Positions 20,308 through 28,882 of a stretch of 35,958 nt of DNA are shown in pieces. Position numbers and translations under genes: made by a program. Under the pieces are notes generated by a model. That model was not told the origin of the DNA, made no database searches, and saw only the letters and a program-made list of their open reading frames with translations. The stretch covers positions 1 to 35,958 of the forward strand of contig JAYKGY010000069.1 of the NCBI GenBank assembly GCA_035285545.1, given 5' to 3'. Within the stretch, counting starts at the first letter, position 1. Every line of letters starts with the position of its first letter. The DNA is from Snowella sp. Lineage in GTDB: Bacteria > Cyanobacteriota > Cyanobacteriia > Cyanobacteriales > Microcystaceae.

Positions 20308-20497
20308 AGGAAAGCGACTGTGATGCGGTGTATTATCAACGTTGGCTAGTGAATATTGAGAAATCAATACTAGACCCTTAAGTACCCCATAAAATTATGG
20401 CTAGTTCTTTATTTTGAAAGAAAGTAGCCTCAAACAATCAGTTTCCTAACGAGGAAGCTATCTGCCCTTAGTATCAGCATTTAAACAGCATTGACCT

Positions 20498-21238
20498 ATG
20501 AATGAAGAGCAAACTCCTCTTGAATCCTCGAATGAACCTATGGAACAGACAACAGCAGAAGCATCAACCACTTCCGATACCGAAGCAACCGCAGACGTAG
20601 TAGTTGAAGAAGCCGCTCATCCGGTAGATAGTTCAGCCGAGCAGCAGGATGTATCTCCTTCATCCTCCCCAGAATCAGCGATCGCGGAATTACAGCAGAA
20701 AATTGAGAGCCAACAGCAGGAACTTCTTCACCAGGCAGAACAACTCGATAGTTTTAAAAAACGTTACATTACCCTGGCTGCTGAATTTGACAATTTCCGC
20801 AAGCGGACTCAAAAGGAAAAAGACGAGCTAGAAAAACAGGTTAAAGCCAAAACCCTGAACGAATTGTTAGCAGTTGTTGACAATTTTGAGCGAGCCAGAA
20901 CCCAACTCAAGCCAGAGACCGAAGGCGAAATGAATATTCATAAAAGCTATCAAAGTGTCTATAAAAGCTTCGTTGACAGCTTAAAACGTCTAGGTGTCTC
21001 TCCCATGCGTCCTGAAGGTCAAGTCTTTGATCCCAACTACCATGAAGCTATGTTACGCGAGTATACAAATGAGTATCCAGAGGGAACAATTATTGAAGAA
21101 TTGGTCAGGGGTTATCTCTTAGGGGATCAAGTCCTACGTCACTCAATGGTTAAAGTGGCGGCTCCCTTAGAGACGGGAGAGGCTTCCCCAGAGGCGAATT
21201 CGGAAACTTCTGTGGAAAATAGTGCTTCTGCTAATTAA
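20498..21238 (+). CDS. grpE: Nucleotide exchange factor GrpE
   Basis: [43 protein letters not shown]; acidic N-terminus. Confidence 0.95.
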   Translation: MNEEQTPLESSNEPMEQTTAEASTTSDTEATADVVVEEAAHPVDSSAEQQDVSPSSSPESAIAELQQKIESQQQELLHQAEQLDSFKKRYITLAAEFDNFRKRTQKEKDELEKQVKAKTLNELLAVVDNFERARTQLKPETEGEMNIHKSYQSVYKSFVDSLKRLGVSPMRPEGQVFDPNYHEAMLREYTNEYPEGTIIEELVRGYLLGDQVLRHSMVKVAAPLETGEASPEANSETSVENSASAN

Positions 21239-21361
21239 ACCGTTAAGCCTGTCTAGAGAAACTTCCTCCTAGTTAAATTCCCCTAAGTATGCACCGATTC
21301 CCTACCCAATTGAGGCTTAATGGTTTAACTTTAAACTACAGTTAACTTTAGTAAAAACGAT

Positions 21362-23404
21362 ATGGGCAAAGTCATTGGCATCGATCTTGGGACAACCAAT
21401 AGTTGTGTTGCTGTTCTTGAAGGCGGAAAGCCGATTGTGATTCCCAACACAGAAGGCGGTAGAACCACTCCCAGTATCGTTGGCTTTGGCAAAGGGAATC
21501 AACGCTTAGTCGGCCAATTGGCCAAACGACAAGCTGTCACCAATGCAGAAAATACCGTTTATAGTATCAAACGCTTTATTGGCAGACGCTGGGAGGAAAC
21601 CCTAGAGGAGCGATCGCGAGTTCCCTACAATTGCGTCAAAGGTCGGGACGACACCGTTAATGTCGAGATTCGGGGGCAACAATTTACGCCCCAGGAAATT
21701 TCCTCGATGATTTTGCAAAAGCTCAAGGCCGATGCCGAAGCCTTTCTCGGTGAACCCGTAACCGAAGCCATTATCACCGTCCCCGCCTACTTTACCGATG
21801 CCCAACGTCAGGCGACCAAAGATGCCGGAACCATCGCCGGATTAGATGTACTTCGTATTATCAATGAACCGACTGCTGCCGCCCTAGCCTATGGGTTAGA
21901 TAAGCAAACTGAAGAAGAACTCATTCTTGTTTTTGACTTAGGCGGCGGAACCTTTGATGTGTCCCTCCTACAACTCGGCAATGGGGTTTTTGAAGTGCGG
22001 GCGACCTCTGGCAATAACCATTTAGGGGGAGATGATTTTGATAATGTCATTGTCCGTTGGATGATCGAGAGCTTTAAAACGAAAGAAAAAATTGATTTAA
22101 GCTTAGATAAAATGGCAATCCAGCGGTTACGTGAAGCTGCCGAAAAAGCCAAAATTGAATTATCTAGTCTGCTTACAACGTCTATTAATCTTCCCTTCAT
22201 TACTGCCGACGAGAATGGCCCCAAACATTTAGAAACCGAACTGAGCCGCTCTAAATTTGAAGAACTAGCCAAACAACTGATTCAAGCTACCCTGACCCCT
22301 TTAAACCAAGCCTTTAGCGATGGAGGTGTTCAGCCCCTCAATATCAATCGGGTAATTTTAGTCGGCGGATCTACCCGTATTCCGGCAGTTCAGCGCATTA
22401 TTCAACAACTTTTTCCCGAAAGTCAGTTAGACCGATCCATTAATCCCGATGAAGCCGTTGCGTTAGGCGCTGCGATTCAAGGGGGCGTTTTAGGCGGAGA
22501 AGTGGATAATGTCCTGCTTTTGGATGTTACCCCACTGTCTTTAGGAATCGAAACCTTAGGGGAAGTTTTCACCAAAATTATTGAACGCAATACTACCATC
22601 CCCAGCAGTAAATCGGAAGTCTTTTCAACAGCAGCCGATGGTCAAACCTCTGTAGAAATTCATGTTCTCCAAGGGGAACGGGCCATGGCCAATGACAATA
22701 AGAGCCTAGGTAAGTTTTTATTAACCGGCATTCCGCCTGCACCGAGAGGGATTCCCCAAATTGAGGTGTCCTTTGAGATTGATGTGAATGGCATTTTGAA
22801 AGTCTCTGCCCATGATCAAGGAACGGGACGGGCACAGAGTATTGTGATTAGTCATACTGGTGGCCTCAGCAATGCCGAAATTGACCGGATGCGTGAAGAA
22901 GCCGAAAAATATGCCGACCAAGACCGCCGCCGGATTCAAATGATGGAGTTGCGAAATCAAGCCGACAGTCTCTTCTATACCTATGCCACAACGCTTAAAG
23001 AAAATAGCGATCTGATTCGACCCGAACTCAAAGTCAGTAGTCAACGGAAGAAAGAACAATTAGAAGCGGCTTTACGCAATCCCGCCATTACAACCGAAAA
23101 ATTACAGGTATTGGTGCAGGAATTCCGTCAACTGTTACTCACGATTGGTACTGAAGTTTATCAACAGGGCAGTAGCAGCAGTGATACTTTAAAACCTTTT
23201 GAAACGCTGGATTCGACCATTCCTGAAGATGTTTTAACCCAACTCAACCGTCAAAGCCAAGCATTTACCCAAGTTCCCGTCTCGGCGGTGGAAACCATGC
23301 CTGGTTATGTCGAAACCTCTCAGGTTTTTGCAACTACCGACAATGAAAACTTTGATTTTGATGCCGATGAAACCATTTCAAGCGACTACGAAGCAGTTGA
23401 TTAA
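21362..23404 (+). CDS. dnaK: Hsp70 chaperone DnaK (grpE-linked DnaK1-type paralog)
   Basis: [32 protein letters not shown] and LVGGSTRIP; divergent acidic C-terminus ending DYEAVD. Confidence 0.96.
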   Translation: MGKVIGIDLGTTNSCVAVLEGGKPIVIPNTEGGRTTPSIVGFGKGNQRLVGQLAKRQAVTNAENTVYSIKRFIGRRWEETLEERSRVPYNCVKGRDDTVNVEIRGQQFTPQEISSMILQKLKADAEAFLGEPVTEAIITVPAYFTDAQRQATKDAGTIAGLDVLRIINEPTAAALAYGLDKQTEEELILVFDLGGGTFDVSLLQLGNGVFEVRATSGNNHLGGDDFDNVIVRWMIESFKTKEKIDLSLDKMAIQRLREAAEKAKIELSSLLTTSINLPFITADENGPKHLETELSRSKFEELAKQLIQATLTPLNQAFSDGGVQPLNINRVILVGGSTRIPAVQRIIQQLFPESQLDRSINPDEAVALGAAIQGGVLGGEVDNVLLLDVTPLSLGIETLGEVFTKIIERNTTIPSSKSEVFSTAADGQTSVEIHVLQGERAMANDNKSLGKFLLTGIPPAPRGIPQIEVSFEIDVNGILKVSAHDQGTGRAQSIVISHTGGLSNAEIDRMREEAEKYADQDRRRIQMMELRNQADSLFYTYATTLKENSDLIRPELKVSSQRKKEQLEAALRNPAITTEKLQVLVQEFRQLLLTIGTEVYQQGSSSSDTLKPFETLDSTIPEDVLTQLNRQSQAFTQVPVSAVETMPGYVETSQVFATTDNENFDFDADETISSDYEAVD

Positions 23405-23730
23405 AGACACTTTTATTAGACCTCTTGCATGAATCAAGAAACAAGTTACATCTTGAAATTAATAATACCAGCCAAAAGATGTAAGCGGGGCCCAAATCTT
23501 CGTCTGCGATTGCGATCGCATCCTGAAAATCCCATTCCGCTGTTTCGATCTGCCAAAAATAATTAAATCTAAAACCCTTATTTAGCAGGCTTTTTAGCGA
23601 TCTGACTCTTTTTTCGTATCTTTCTTTCTTAAGAAAAGTTTCCTGTTGATAATACAATCAGATCCAAAAGCTACGATTCCTATTACTACGTTCTAATTAT
23701 TTTTTCAGCTTTGTGATCAGCGGAATGTGG

Positions 23731-24034
23731 GTTTAATGCTAAAATAGGGACATTATTGAGCTTTTATCAAGTTTTATAGGCAAGGGGAGAGGGGCGTTAT
23801 GGGGCAAACGGGACTTCACAAGCATTCTCTATCGAAGAAGGAGCAAGCGGTTTCGAGTGGTGCTTCTCGTGCTTCTGTCCGCGATCGCATTGATGAGTTT
23901 CAGGATGTCTATGGCAGTCGGGCAGAAAGTGCGGCTTTTCGGCAACAGTTGGGGTCGGATTTTTCGCAATCGGGTCAAATTCAGCCAACCATTCAAGCGA
24001 AACCGAGTTTTCGGGGTTTATCCCAGGAGTTAGC
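23731..24034 (+). repeat. Copy 1 of ~300-bp duplication (promoter + 79-codon leader of DUF4157 genes)
   Basis: Colinear with 26004-26308; the last 62 bp (23973-24034) are identical to 26247-26308; TGcTAAAAT extended -10 at 23737-23745. Confidence 0.92.
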
Positions 24035-25001
24035 TCCGATCCAAGCAAAATTAATGGTGGGGCCAGCGAATGACATTTATGAGCAGGAGGCGGATCGAGT
24101 GGCGGCTCAGGTGGTGCAACGAATCCATACTCCTGTTTCTAATTCATTAACCCAAGGGGAATCAGTTCAACGTCAGAAAGATGAGGAAGGGTTACAAATG
24201 AGGCCCATCACTCCTATCCAACGAAAAGACATGAGCGCGGGAGGAGAAGTCTCAACCGATTTGGAATCGGAAATCAATCATGCGCGCGGGGGAGGGCAAC
24301 CGTTAGCCCCAGAGATGCAGTTGAAGATGGGTGAGGCGATGGGGGCAGATTTTAGTGGGGTGCGGGTGCATAGGTCTGAACAGGCGGATAAGTTAACACG
24401 GGCTGTGGGAGCGCGGGCGTTTACGACGGGGCAGGATTTGTTTTTTAAGCGGGGTGAGTATCAGCCTGGAAGTCGGGGAGGGCAGGAGTTGATTGCCCAT
24501 GAGTTGACTCATGTGGTGCAGCAGAATATGACTCAGTCAAGCTTGCAATGTTTGAAGGATAGCTTCTATCCAGATGGTCATGAAAGTCGATTTGTTCCTA
24601 AAGATAGGATAAAGTTATCAGAATCCTTCAAAACAAAACATATTGCAGAAGATGTAACAAGTGCAACAAATATTACGCTAAATCGATATGAAAAAGGAAG
24701 TATGCCAAAAGCAATGCAAGATGGAGATTTAGGTAACACTACAGCGAAGAAAGCTGATTGGATTGATGCTGTAACAAGCAGTGACAGCGAAATGACAGAT
24801 GCAGTAAACTGGCAAGGAGATATAGCTGTTAAAATAAATGGCTGGGATACAAAATGGAACAAAACGGCTGTCAGTCAAGAAAACATACCGAGTAATTACA
24901 TAACAGCAGAGCTATCAAGTGCTGATAGAACGGTAGGAGGAGTCATAAAAAAACAAGGTGGAGAAGTTATTATTGACCATGTAGGAGGGCAGAAAAAATA
25001 A
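23799..25001 (+). CDS. DUF4157 (eCIS core domain) protein with unrecognised C-terminal domain; putative CIS effector
   Basis: IQAKL.VG...D.YEQEADRVA, GGQPL...MG..MGADFSGVRVH, ARAFTTGQD.FF and LIAHELTHVVQQ. Confidence 0.88.
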   Translation: MGQTGLHKHSLSKKEQAVSSGASRASVRDRIDEFQDVYGSRAESAAFRQQLGSDFSQSGQIQPTIQAKPSFRGLSQELAPIQAKLMVGPANDIYEQEADRVAAQVVQRIHTPVSNSLTQGESVQRQKDEEGLQMRPITPIQRKDMSAGGEVSTDLESEINHARGGGQPLAPEMQLKMGEAMGADFSGVRVHRSEQADKLTRAVGARAFTTGQDLFFKRGEYQPGSRGGQELIAHELTHVVQQNMTQSSLQCLKDSFYPDGHESRFVPKDRIKLSESFKTKHIAEDVTSATNITLNRYEKGSMPKAMQDGDLGNTTAKKADWIDAVTSSDSEMTDAVNWQGDIAVKINGWDTKWNKTAVSQENIPSNYITAELSSADRTVGGVIKKQGGEVIIDHVGGQKK

Positions 25002-25034
25002 TGGGCTAAGTCGACTTCTTGGTAATATTGCTTA

Positions 25035-25116
25035 TAGTGCGATCGCCGATCTTGTAAAGTGCGTTCCTTCTCACAACTCTCCTCTCCACTCTCAACCGTC
25101 ATCCGAGGAATGCATC
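25035..25116 (+). repeat. Junction motif copy A (HIP1 + TCTTGTA + REP-like hairpin)
   Basis: TAGTGCGATCGCCGATCTTGTA (25035-25056) is identical to 27425-27446; arms GTGCGTTCCT (25059-25068) / AGGAATGCAT (25106-25115). Confidence 0.75.
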
Positions 25117-25209
25117 ATCCCAAACTGTATGTCCTACCCATCCTTCACGGATGCATAATTATTGAGCATTTGAGGTTCGTATAACCACACGAGCGATCAT
25201 TAAGCCAAA

Positions 25210-25485
25210 ATGCGCTTTGACTGGGATAATCACAAAAGTCAGATTCTTAAGCAAAATCGAGGATATTCGCTCGAAGAAATTTCTGTGGTTCTCGCTGGCG
25301 ATTATGTAGAACTAGTCAAACAAAATGATCCAGAACAGTTCATCGCCATCAGTTATCTGGGAAACACCCTTCTATCCGTAATTTATGAGATTCGATACGA
25401 TAAAGAAGGAGAATATATCTGGTTAGTGACTTATTGGAAAAGCACCAAACGGGAACGAGAGATCTATGAGCAATATTTCTGCTGA
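25210..25485 (+). CDS. BrnT-family type II toxin
   Basis: MRFDWD..K...L...RG.S.EE, with C-terminal WLVTYWKST.RER..YE; overlaps the downstream RHH gene. Confidence 0.8.
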   Translation: MRFDWDNHKSQILKQNRGYSLEEISVVLAGDYVELVKQNDPEQFIAISYLGNTLLSVIYEIRYDKEGEYIWLVTYWKSTKREREIYEQYFC

Positions 25486-25750
25486 ACAACTTGAACAGAA
25501 AATTGAGGCGGGAGAAGAAGTCATTGATCGCTATTTTGACACTACGACAACCCAAGTTGGCATCCCCCGTCCAATGACTTCACGCAGACGACACAATCTG
25601 GTAACAACCAACCTCGATATTCCTAGTCCCATGCTCGACGAACTCGACCAGATGGCTAGCGAACTCAATATCAGCCGCCAAGCGGTAATTAAAATGATGC
25701 TACGCCGTGCCCTTGATGAACATTATCTCGCAAAAAGAACTGCGTCATAG
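25466..25750 (+). CDS. CopG/ribbon-helix-helix antitoxin (BrnA-like)
   Basis: ISAE.L..K..AGE.VI..YFD N-terminus; NLDIP..ML.ELD..A..LNISRQAVIK RHH. Confidence 0.8.
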   Translation: MSNISAEQLEQKIEAGEEVIDRYFDTTTTQVGIPRPMTSRRRHNLVTTNLDIPSPMLDELDQMASELNISRQAVIKMMLRRALDEHYLAKRTAS

Positions 25751-25799
25751 TGAGATCGTCTATCTCGTAGGGTAGTTGATTAAATGTAATGCACTAAAT
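25748..25799 (+). repeat. Junction motif copy B (degenerate), starting at the antitoxin stop codon
   Basis: TAGTGAGATCGTCTATCTCGTAGGGTAGTTGATTAAATGTAATGCACTAAAT aligns along its length with 27425-27477. Confidence 0.7.
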
Positions 25800-26003
25800 C
25801 CATCGGGTATTTTTCGCATCAAAAAACAATTAAGTAGTCCAAAAACTCCACCTTTAACCCATTGCTCCCAAATCAGACATATTTTTTCAATACGGTAATC
25901 ATTCGTACCTTGAATGGTTTACGATAACACTCTCATCTAAGTTTGAAGTGATAAGAAAGATTAATTTAGCTCGATTATTTGTTTTTTTAATTATTGTTTT
26001 GTA

Positions 26004-26308
26004 GTTTAATGCTAAAGTTAAGCGCATTGTAGGGCTTTTATCAAATTTTATAGGCAACGGGAGAAAGGAGTCATGGCGCATACAAGACTTTCTAAACATT
26101 CTCTATCCAAAAACGAGCAAGCGGTTTCGGGTGTTGCTTCTCGGGTTTCTGTCCGCGAGCCGATTGATGAGTTTCAGGATGTCTATAGCAGTCGGGCGGG
26201 GAGTGCGGCTTTTAGGGAACAATATGAGTCGGATTTTTCGCGATCAGGTCAAATTCAGCCAACCATTCAAGCGAAACCGAGTTTTCGGGGTTTATCCCAG
26301 GAGTTAGC
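26004..26308 (+). repeat. Copy 2 of ~300-bp duplication
   Basis: See 23731-24034; TGcTAAAGT extended -10 at 26010-26018. Confidence 0.92.
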
Positions 26309-27407
26309 GGCAGAGTCTCAGCCTGTCCAGTTACGTGAAGAAGAAAATAAAACGGGTTTGCCTGATGACCTGAAGGCGGGGGTTGAGGCTTTATCGGGTT
26401 ATTCGATGGATGATGTCAGGGTTCATTATAATTCGTCTAAACCTGCTCAATTACAGGCATTGGCATATACGCAGGGGACGGAGATTCATGTGGGGTCTGG
26501 GCAGGAGAAGCATTTGGCACATGAGGCTTGGCATGTAGTTCAGCAAATGCAAGGAAGGGTTAAACCGACAATGCAGATGAAAGGGGTACAGATTAATGAT
26601 GATGCTGGGTTAGAAAAAGAGGCGGATGTGATGGGGGGCAAGGCACTGCAGATTCGCAGCCCCAATCAGGTCATGACAGAACCGTTCGCCGATGCTACGA
26701 TCTTGGAGCCTGGGCAGAGCGAGTCGGCGCAAGCGTCAGGGATCCACAGTGCTGCTATCAGGGCTTCCGGGGAAAAAGGGCGTTTGAATTTCATATCCTT
26801 GACAGTCCGTGACACCGCTGATCCCCGCAGCGGATCTATAATACAAAAAGCGGAAGAACCGGTTCAAAGGGCTATAGCCACCACTCTAAATGAAAAGGCC
26901 ATCATAAAAGAGGCGATAGAAACTGCTGTCGAACTGATGCATAAGAAGTACATAGCACTATTTAATAATGACGTTACTACCGTGGCTGCTGCCATGACTT
27001 ACCTCGGATTGGACAAACGCGATGCAATGTCTCTAGCTAACGCACTAATGGGTAGTATGAACGAGCATAAAGCAGCAATGGTTGCAGGCTCTGAAGTCGA
27101 CTGGAATGACACGGGCTTTGCTGCTGCTGTCGCTGGTGACATAAATGGGCTGGAGGTCAACCAGGCATTCTTAAAAGCGAACCTTCTCGGCGTCAACTCA
27201 AGGGCTTCCACCATGATCCATGAATCTACCCACATATTCAGAAACGCTAACACTCAGCCGGCATTCACGAATGACATTACAGGCATAAGCGGTGCTACGA
27301 TTACCCCAAATAACAGAGAAGTGTATGATGACAACCAGTTGAAAGACTTACCTGTCGACCTGCGAAAGGATAATGCTCAGAACGTGGAAAGGTTTTTTAC
27401 TTCATAG
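26073..27407 (+). CDS. DUF4157 protein with C-terminal M35/aspzincin-like metallopeptidase; putative CIS effector
   Basis: ENKTGLPD.LK.GVE.LSG.SMDDVRVHYNS.KP...HLAHEAWHVVQQ.QGRV.PT core; second zinc motif STMIHESTH followed by T.D, Y and NAQNVERF. Confidence 0.85.
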   Translation: MAHTRLSKHSLSKNEQAVSGVASRVSVREPIDEFQDVYSSRAGSAAFREQYESDFSRSGQIQPTIQAKPSFRGLSQELAAESQPVQLREEENKTGLPDDLKAGVEALSGYSMDDVRVHYNSSKPAQLQALAYTQGTEIHVGSGQEKHLAHEAWHVVQQMQGRVKPTMQMKGVQINDDAGLEKEADVMGGKALQIRSPNQVMTEPFADATILEPGQSESAQASGIHSAAIRASGEKGRLNFISLTVRDTADPRSGSIIQKAEEPVQRAIATTLNEKAIIKEAIETAVELMHKKYIALFNNDVTTVAAAMTYLGLDKRDAMSLANALMGSMNEHKAAMVAGSEVDWNDTGFAAAVAGDINGLEVNQAFLKANLLGVNSRASTMIHESTHIFRNANTQPAFTNDITGISGATITPNNREVYDDNQLKDLPVDLRKDNAQNVERFFTS

Positions 27408-27477
27408 AGCGATCTCTCTTGTAGTAGTGCGATCGCCGATCTTGTAGGGTTCGTAAATGAAATGTAACGCACCAAAT
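27403..27477 (+). repeat. Junction motif copy C (half copy at the stop codon plus full copy)
   Basis: CATAGAGCGATCTCTCTTGTAG, then TAGTGCGATCGCCGATCTTGTAGGGTTCGTAAATGAAATGTAACGCACCAAAT. Confidence 0.75.
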
Positions 27478-27695
27478 TAATGATTATTATTCATCATTGT
27501 CTGATGTTTGGAATGCCTATTAATGCGATCACTGATGCTCTGTTGATTCTATGCGATCTATAAAAATAAACTTCTTTCAATCGAGTGCGATCGTAACGCG
27601 CTTTATACCCTACGTTTGGTCTATGTCTTGAGTTAAAATGATCAAGACAAGCTAAATTAAGCTTAATTAATTCAACTTAATAAAAATGAAGAAAA

Positions 27696-27908
27696 ATGAT
27701 GAAGGAAACCAATCAATTAAAAGAAATAGAACAAGCAATTAGTCAGTTATCCCCGCAAGATTTAACAGAATTTCGTCAATGGTTTGCTGAATTTGACGCA
27801 GAAGCATGGGATCAACAATTTGAAAACGATGTGATGATAGGTAAGCTAGATGGGTTAGCAGAAAAAGCGTTAAAACACTTACGACAAGGAAATTGTACGA
27901 ATTTGTGA
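27696..27908 (+). CDS. Small acidic protein, putative antitoxin
   Basis: EIE.AI..L...L..FR.WF.E.D...WD.Q.E.D...GKLD.LAE.AL pattern; GTGA overlap with the next gene. Confidence 0.7.
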   Translation: MMKETNQLKEIEQAISQLSPQDLTEFRQWFAEFDAEAWDQQFENDVMIGKLDGLAEKALKHLRQGNCTNL

Positions 27909-28162
27909 AACATCGAGCAACCCCTGATTTTTGGTATTATTATCGACAATTACCCCCTTATATTCAAGACCTTGCTGATAAATGTTATGAATTATTAAAA
28001 CAAGATCCCTATTATCCATCATTACATTTTAAGAAAGTAGATCGTTTTTGGACAGTTCGGATTGAAATACATTACAGGGCTATTGCTGTGGCAGATGGAC
28101 AAGAAATGGCATGGTTTTGGATAGGACATCATGCCGAATATGACAAAATTTTGCAAAAATAA
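27905..28162 (+). CDS. ParE/RelE-like type II toxin
   Basis: GTG start coupled to the upstream stop; FW..Y..LP..IQ.LA.K.Y.LL..DP.YPSLHFKKV..FW.VR...YRA......WFWIG.HAEYD. Confidence 0.8.
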   Translation: MKHRATPDFWYYYRQLPPYIQDLADKCYELLKQDPYYPSLHFKKVDRFWTVRIEIHYRAIAVADGQEMAWFWIGHHAEYDKILQK

Positions 28163-28196
28163 AAATAATATCTCCTCGGTCAGGAATTTTTACCAC
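28158..28196 (-). pseudogene. 5' stub of a MazF/PemK toxin gene
   Basis: GTG at 28196 overlaps the mazE-like stop and reads (M)VKIPDRGDIIFI, the typical MazF start; similarity ends at the stop of the convergent toxin. Confidence 0.65.
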
Positions 28197-28444
28197 AGTT
28201 CCCTTCCCACAGGCGCAGCTTCTAACCACTCTCGATCTTCTGAACTTAAGAGCAAATCATCAGGCATTCCTGCAAACAACTTATCAAGATTGTAATGGGG
28301 CGAAGACTTGGCGATCGTAATCTGATTTCCTTCGATGTTGATACTCACGGGAGAACCAATCGGTAACTGTATTTGCTCTAACAAATCGGCTGGTATCGCA
28401 ATGTGAGGAGAACCGTTAATATCTTTTACTGTAGTGATTACCAT
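28190..28444 (-). CDS. AbrB/MazE-family antitoxin (now orphan)
   Basis: TVK...GS..IAIP..LL.Q..L..G..V.I..EG..ITI; Y.L..L.A and C-terminal WL...PVGREL. Confidence 0.82.
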   Translation of the reverse strand: MVITTVKDINGSPHIAIPADLLEQIQLPIGSPVSINIEGNQITIAKSSPHYNLDKLFAGMPDDLLLSSEDREWLEAAPVGRELW

Positions 28445-28494
28445 AAGAATTAATTACCTTATGGGGACTGTATACTTCAATTGTAAAAGGACAA

Positions 28495-28539
28495 CATAGC
28501 GATCGCTCTTGTACTTCGTTGCACCTGACAATAACGCAC
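28495..28539 (+). repeat. Junction motif copy D (degenerate)
   Basis: CATAGCGATCGCTCTTGTACTTCGTTG...ATAACGCAC matches the stop-codon half copy at 27403 and the TAACGCAC arm. Confidence 0.6.
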
Positions 28540-28570
28540 TTGTCACATTTTAAATTCACCATGCTATCAT

Positions 28571-28595
28571 TTCTGTATATACATTCTGTGTATAC
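28571..28595 (+). promoter_or_regulatory. Tandem operator-like boxes upstream of brnT/brnA
   Basis: TTCTGTATATAC (28571-28582) and TTCTGTGTATAC (28584-28595), with palindrome TGTATATACA; TGcTATCAT extended -10 at 28562-28570. Confidence 0.55.
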
Positions 28596-28597
28596 CA

Positions 28598-28882
28598 ATG
28601 GAATTTGAATGGGATGAAAACAAAAATCGACAGAATCAACAAAAACATGGGATAAGCTTTGAAGAAGCCAAAGAAATCTTTCAAGGGATTTACTTTACCT
28701 CCATTGATGATCGCTCCAACTACGGTGAAATACGAGAAATCATTATTGGTACTATCCGAAGCACGATTGTCGTCACTGAGGTCTATACCGATAGAAACGG
28801 CAAAATCCGTCTGATCTCTGCCCGAAAAGCCACACCCAAAGAAAGGAAACAATACCATGACTATCTCCGACGAACGACTTAA
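28598..28882 (+). CDS. brnT: BrnT-family type II toxin
   Basis: MEFEWDENK...N..KHGISFEEA..IF, YGE.R...IG and IRLISARKAT..ER..Y. Confidence 0.9.
   Translation: MEFEWDENKNRQNQQKHGISFEEAKEIFQGIYFTSIDDRSNYGEIREIIIGTIRSTIVVTEVYTDRNGKIRLISARKATPKERKQYHDYLRRTT

Noticed and set aside
23334..23657. 107-aa minus-strand ORF after dnaK
   Set aside because: Non-ATG start, overlaps the dnaK 3' end, no recognisable motif.
25035..28539. Integron attC sites between the small genes
   Set aside because: No RYYYAAC...GTTRRRY boxes with attC-type pairing and no integrase seen; the motif fits HIP1 + GTAG hairpin better.
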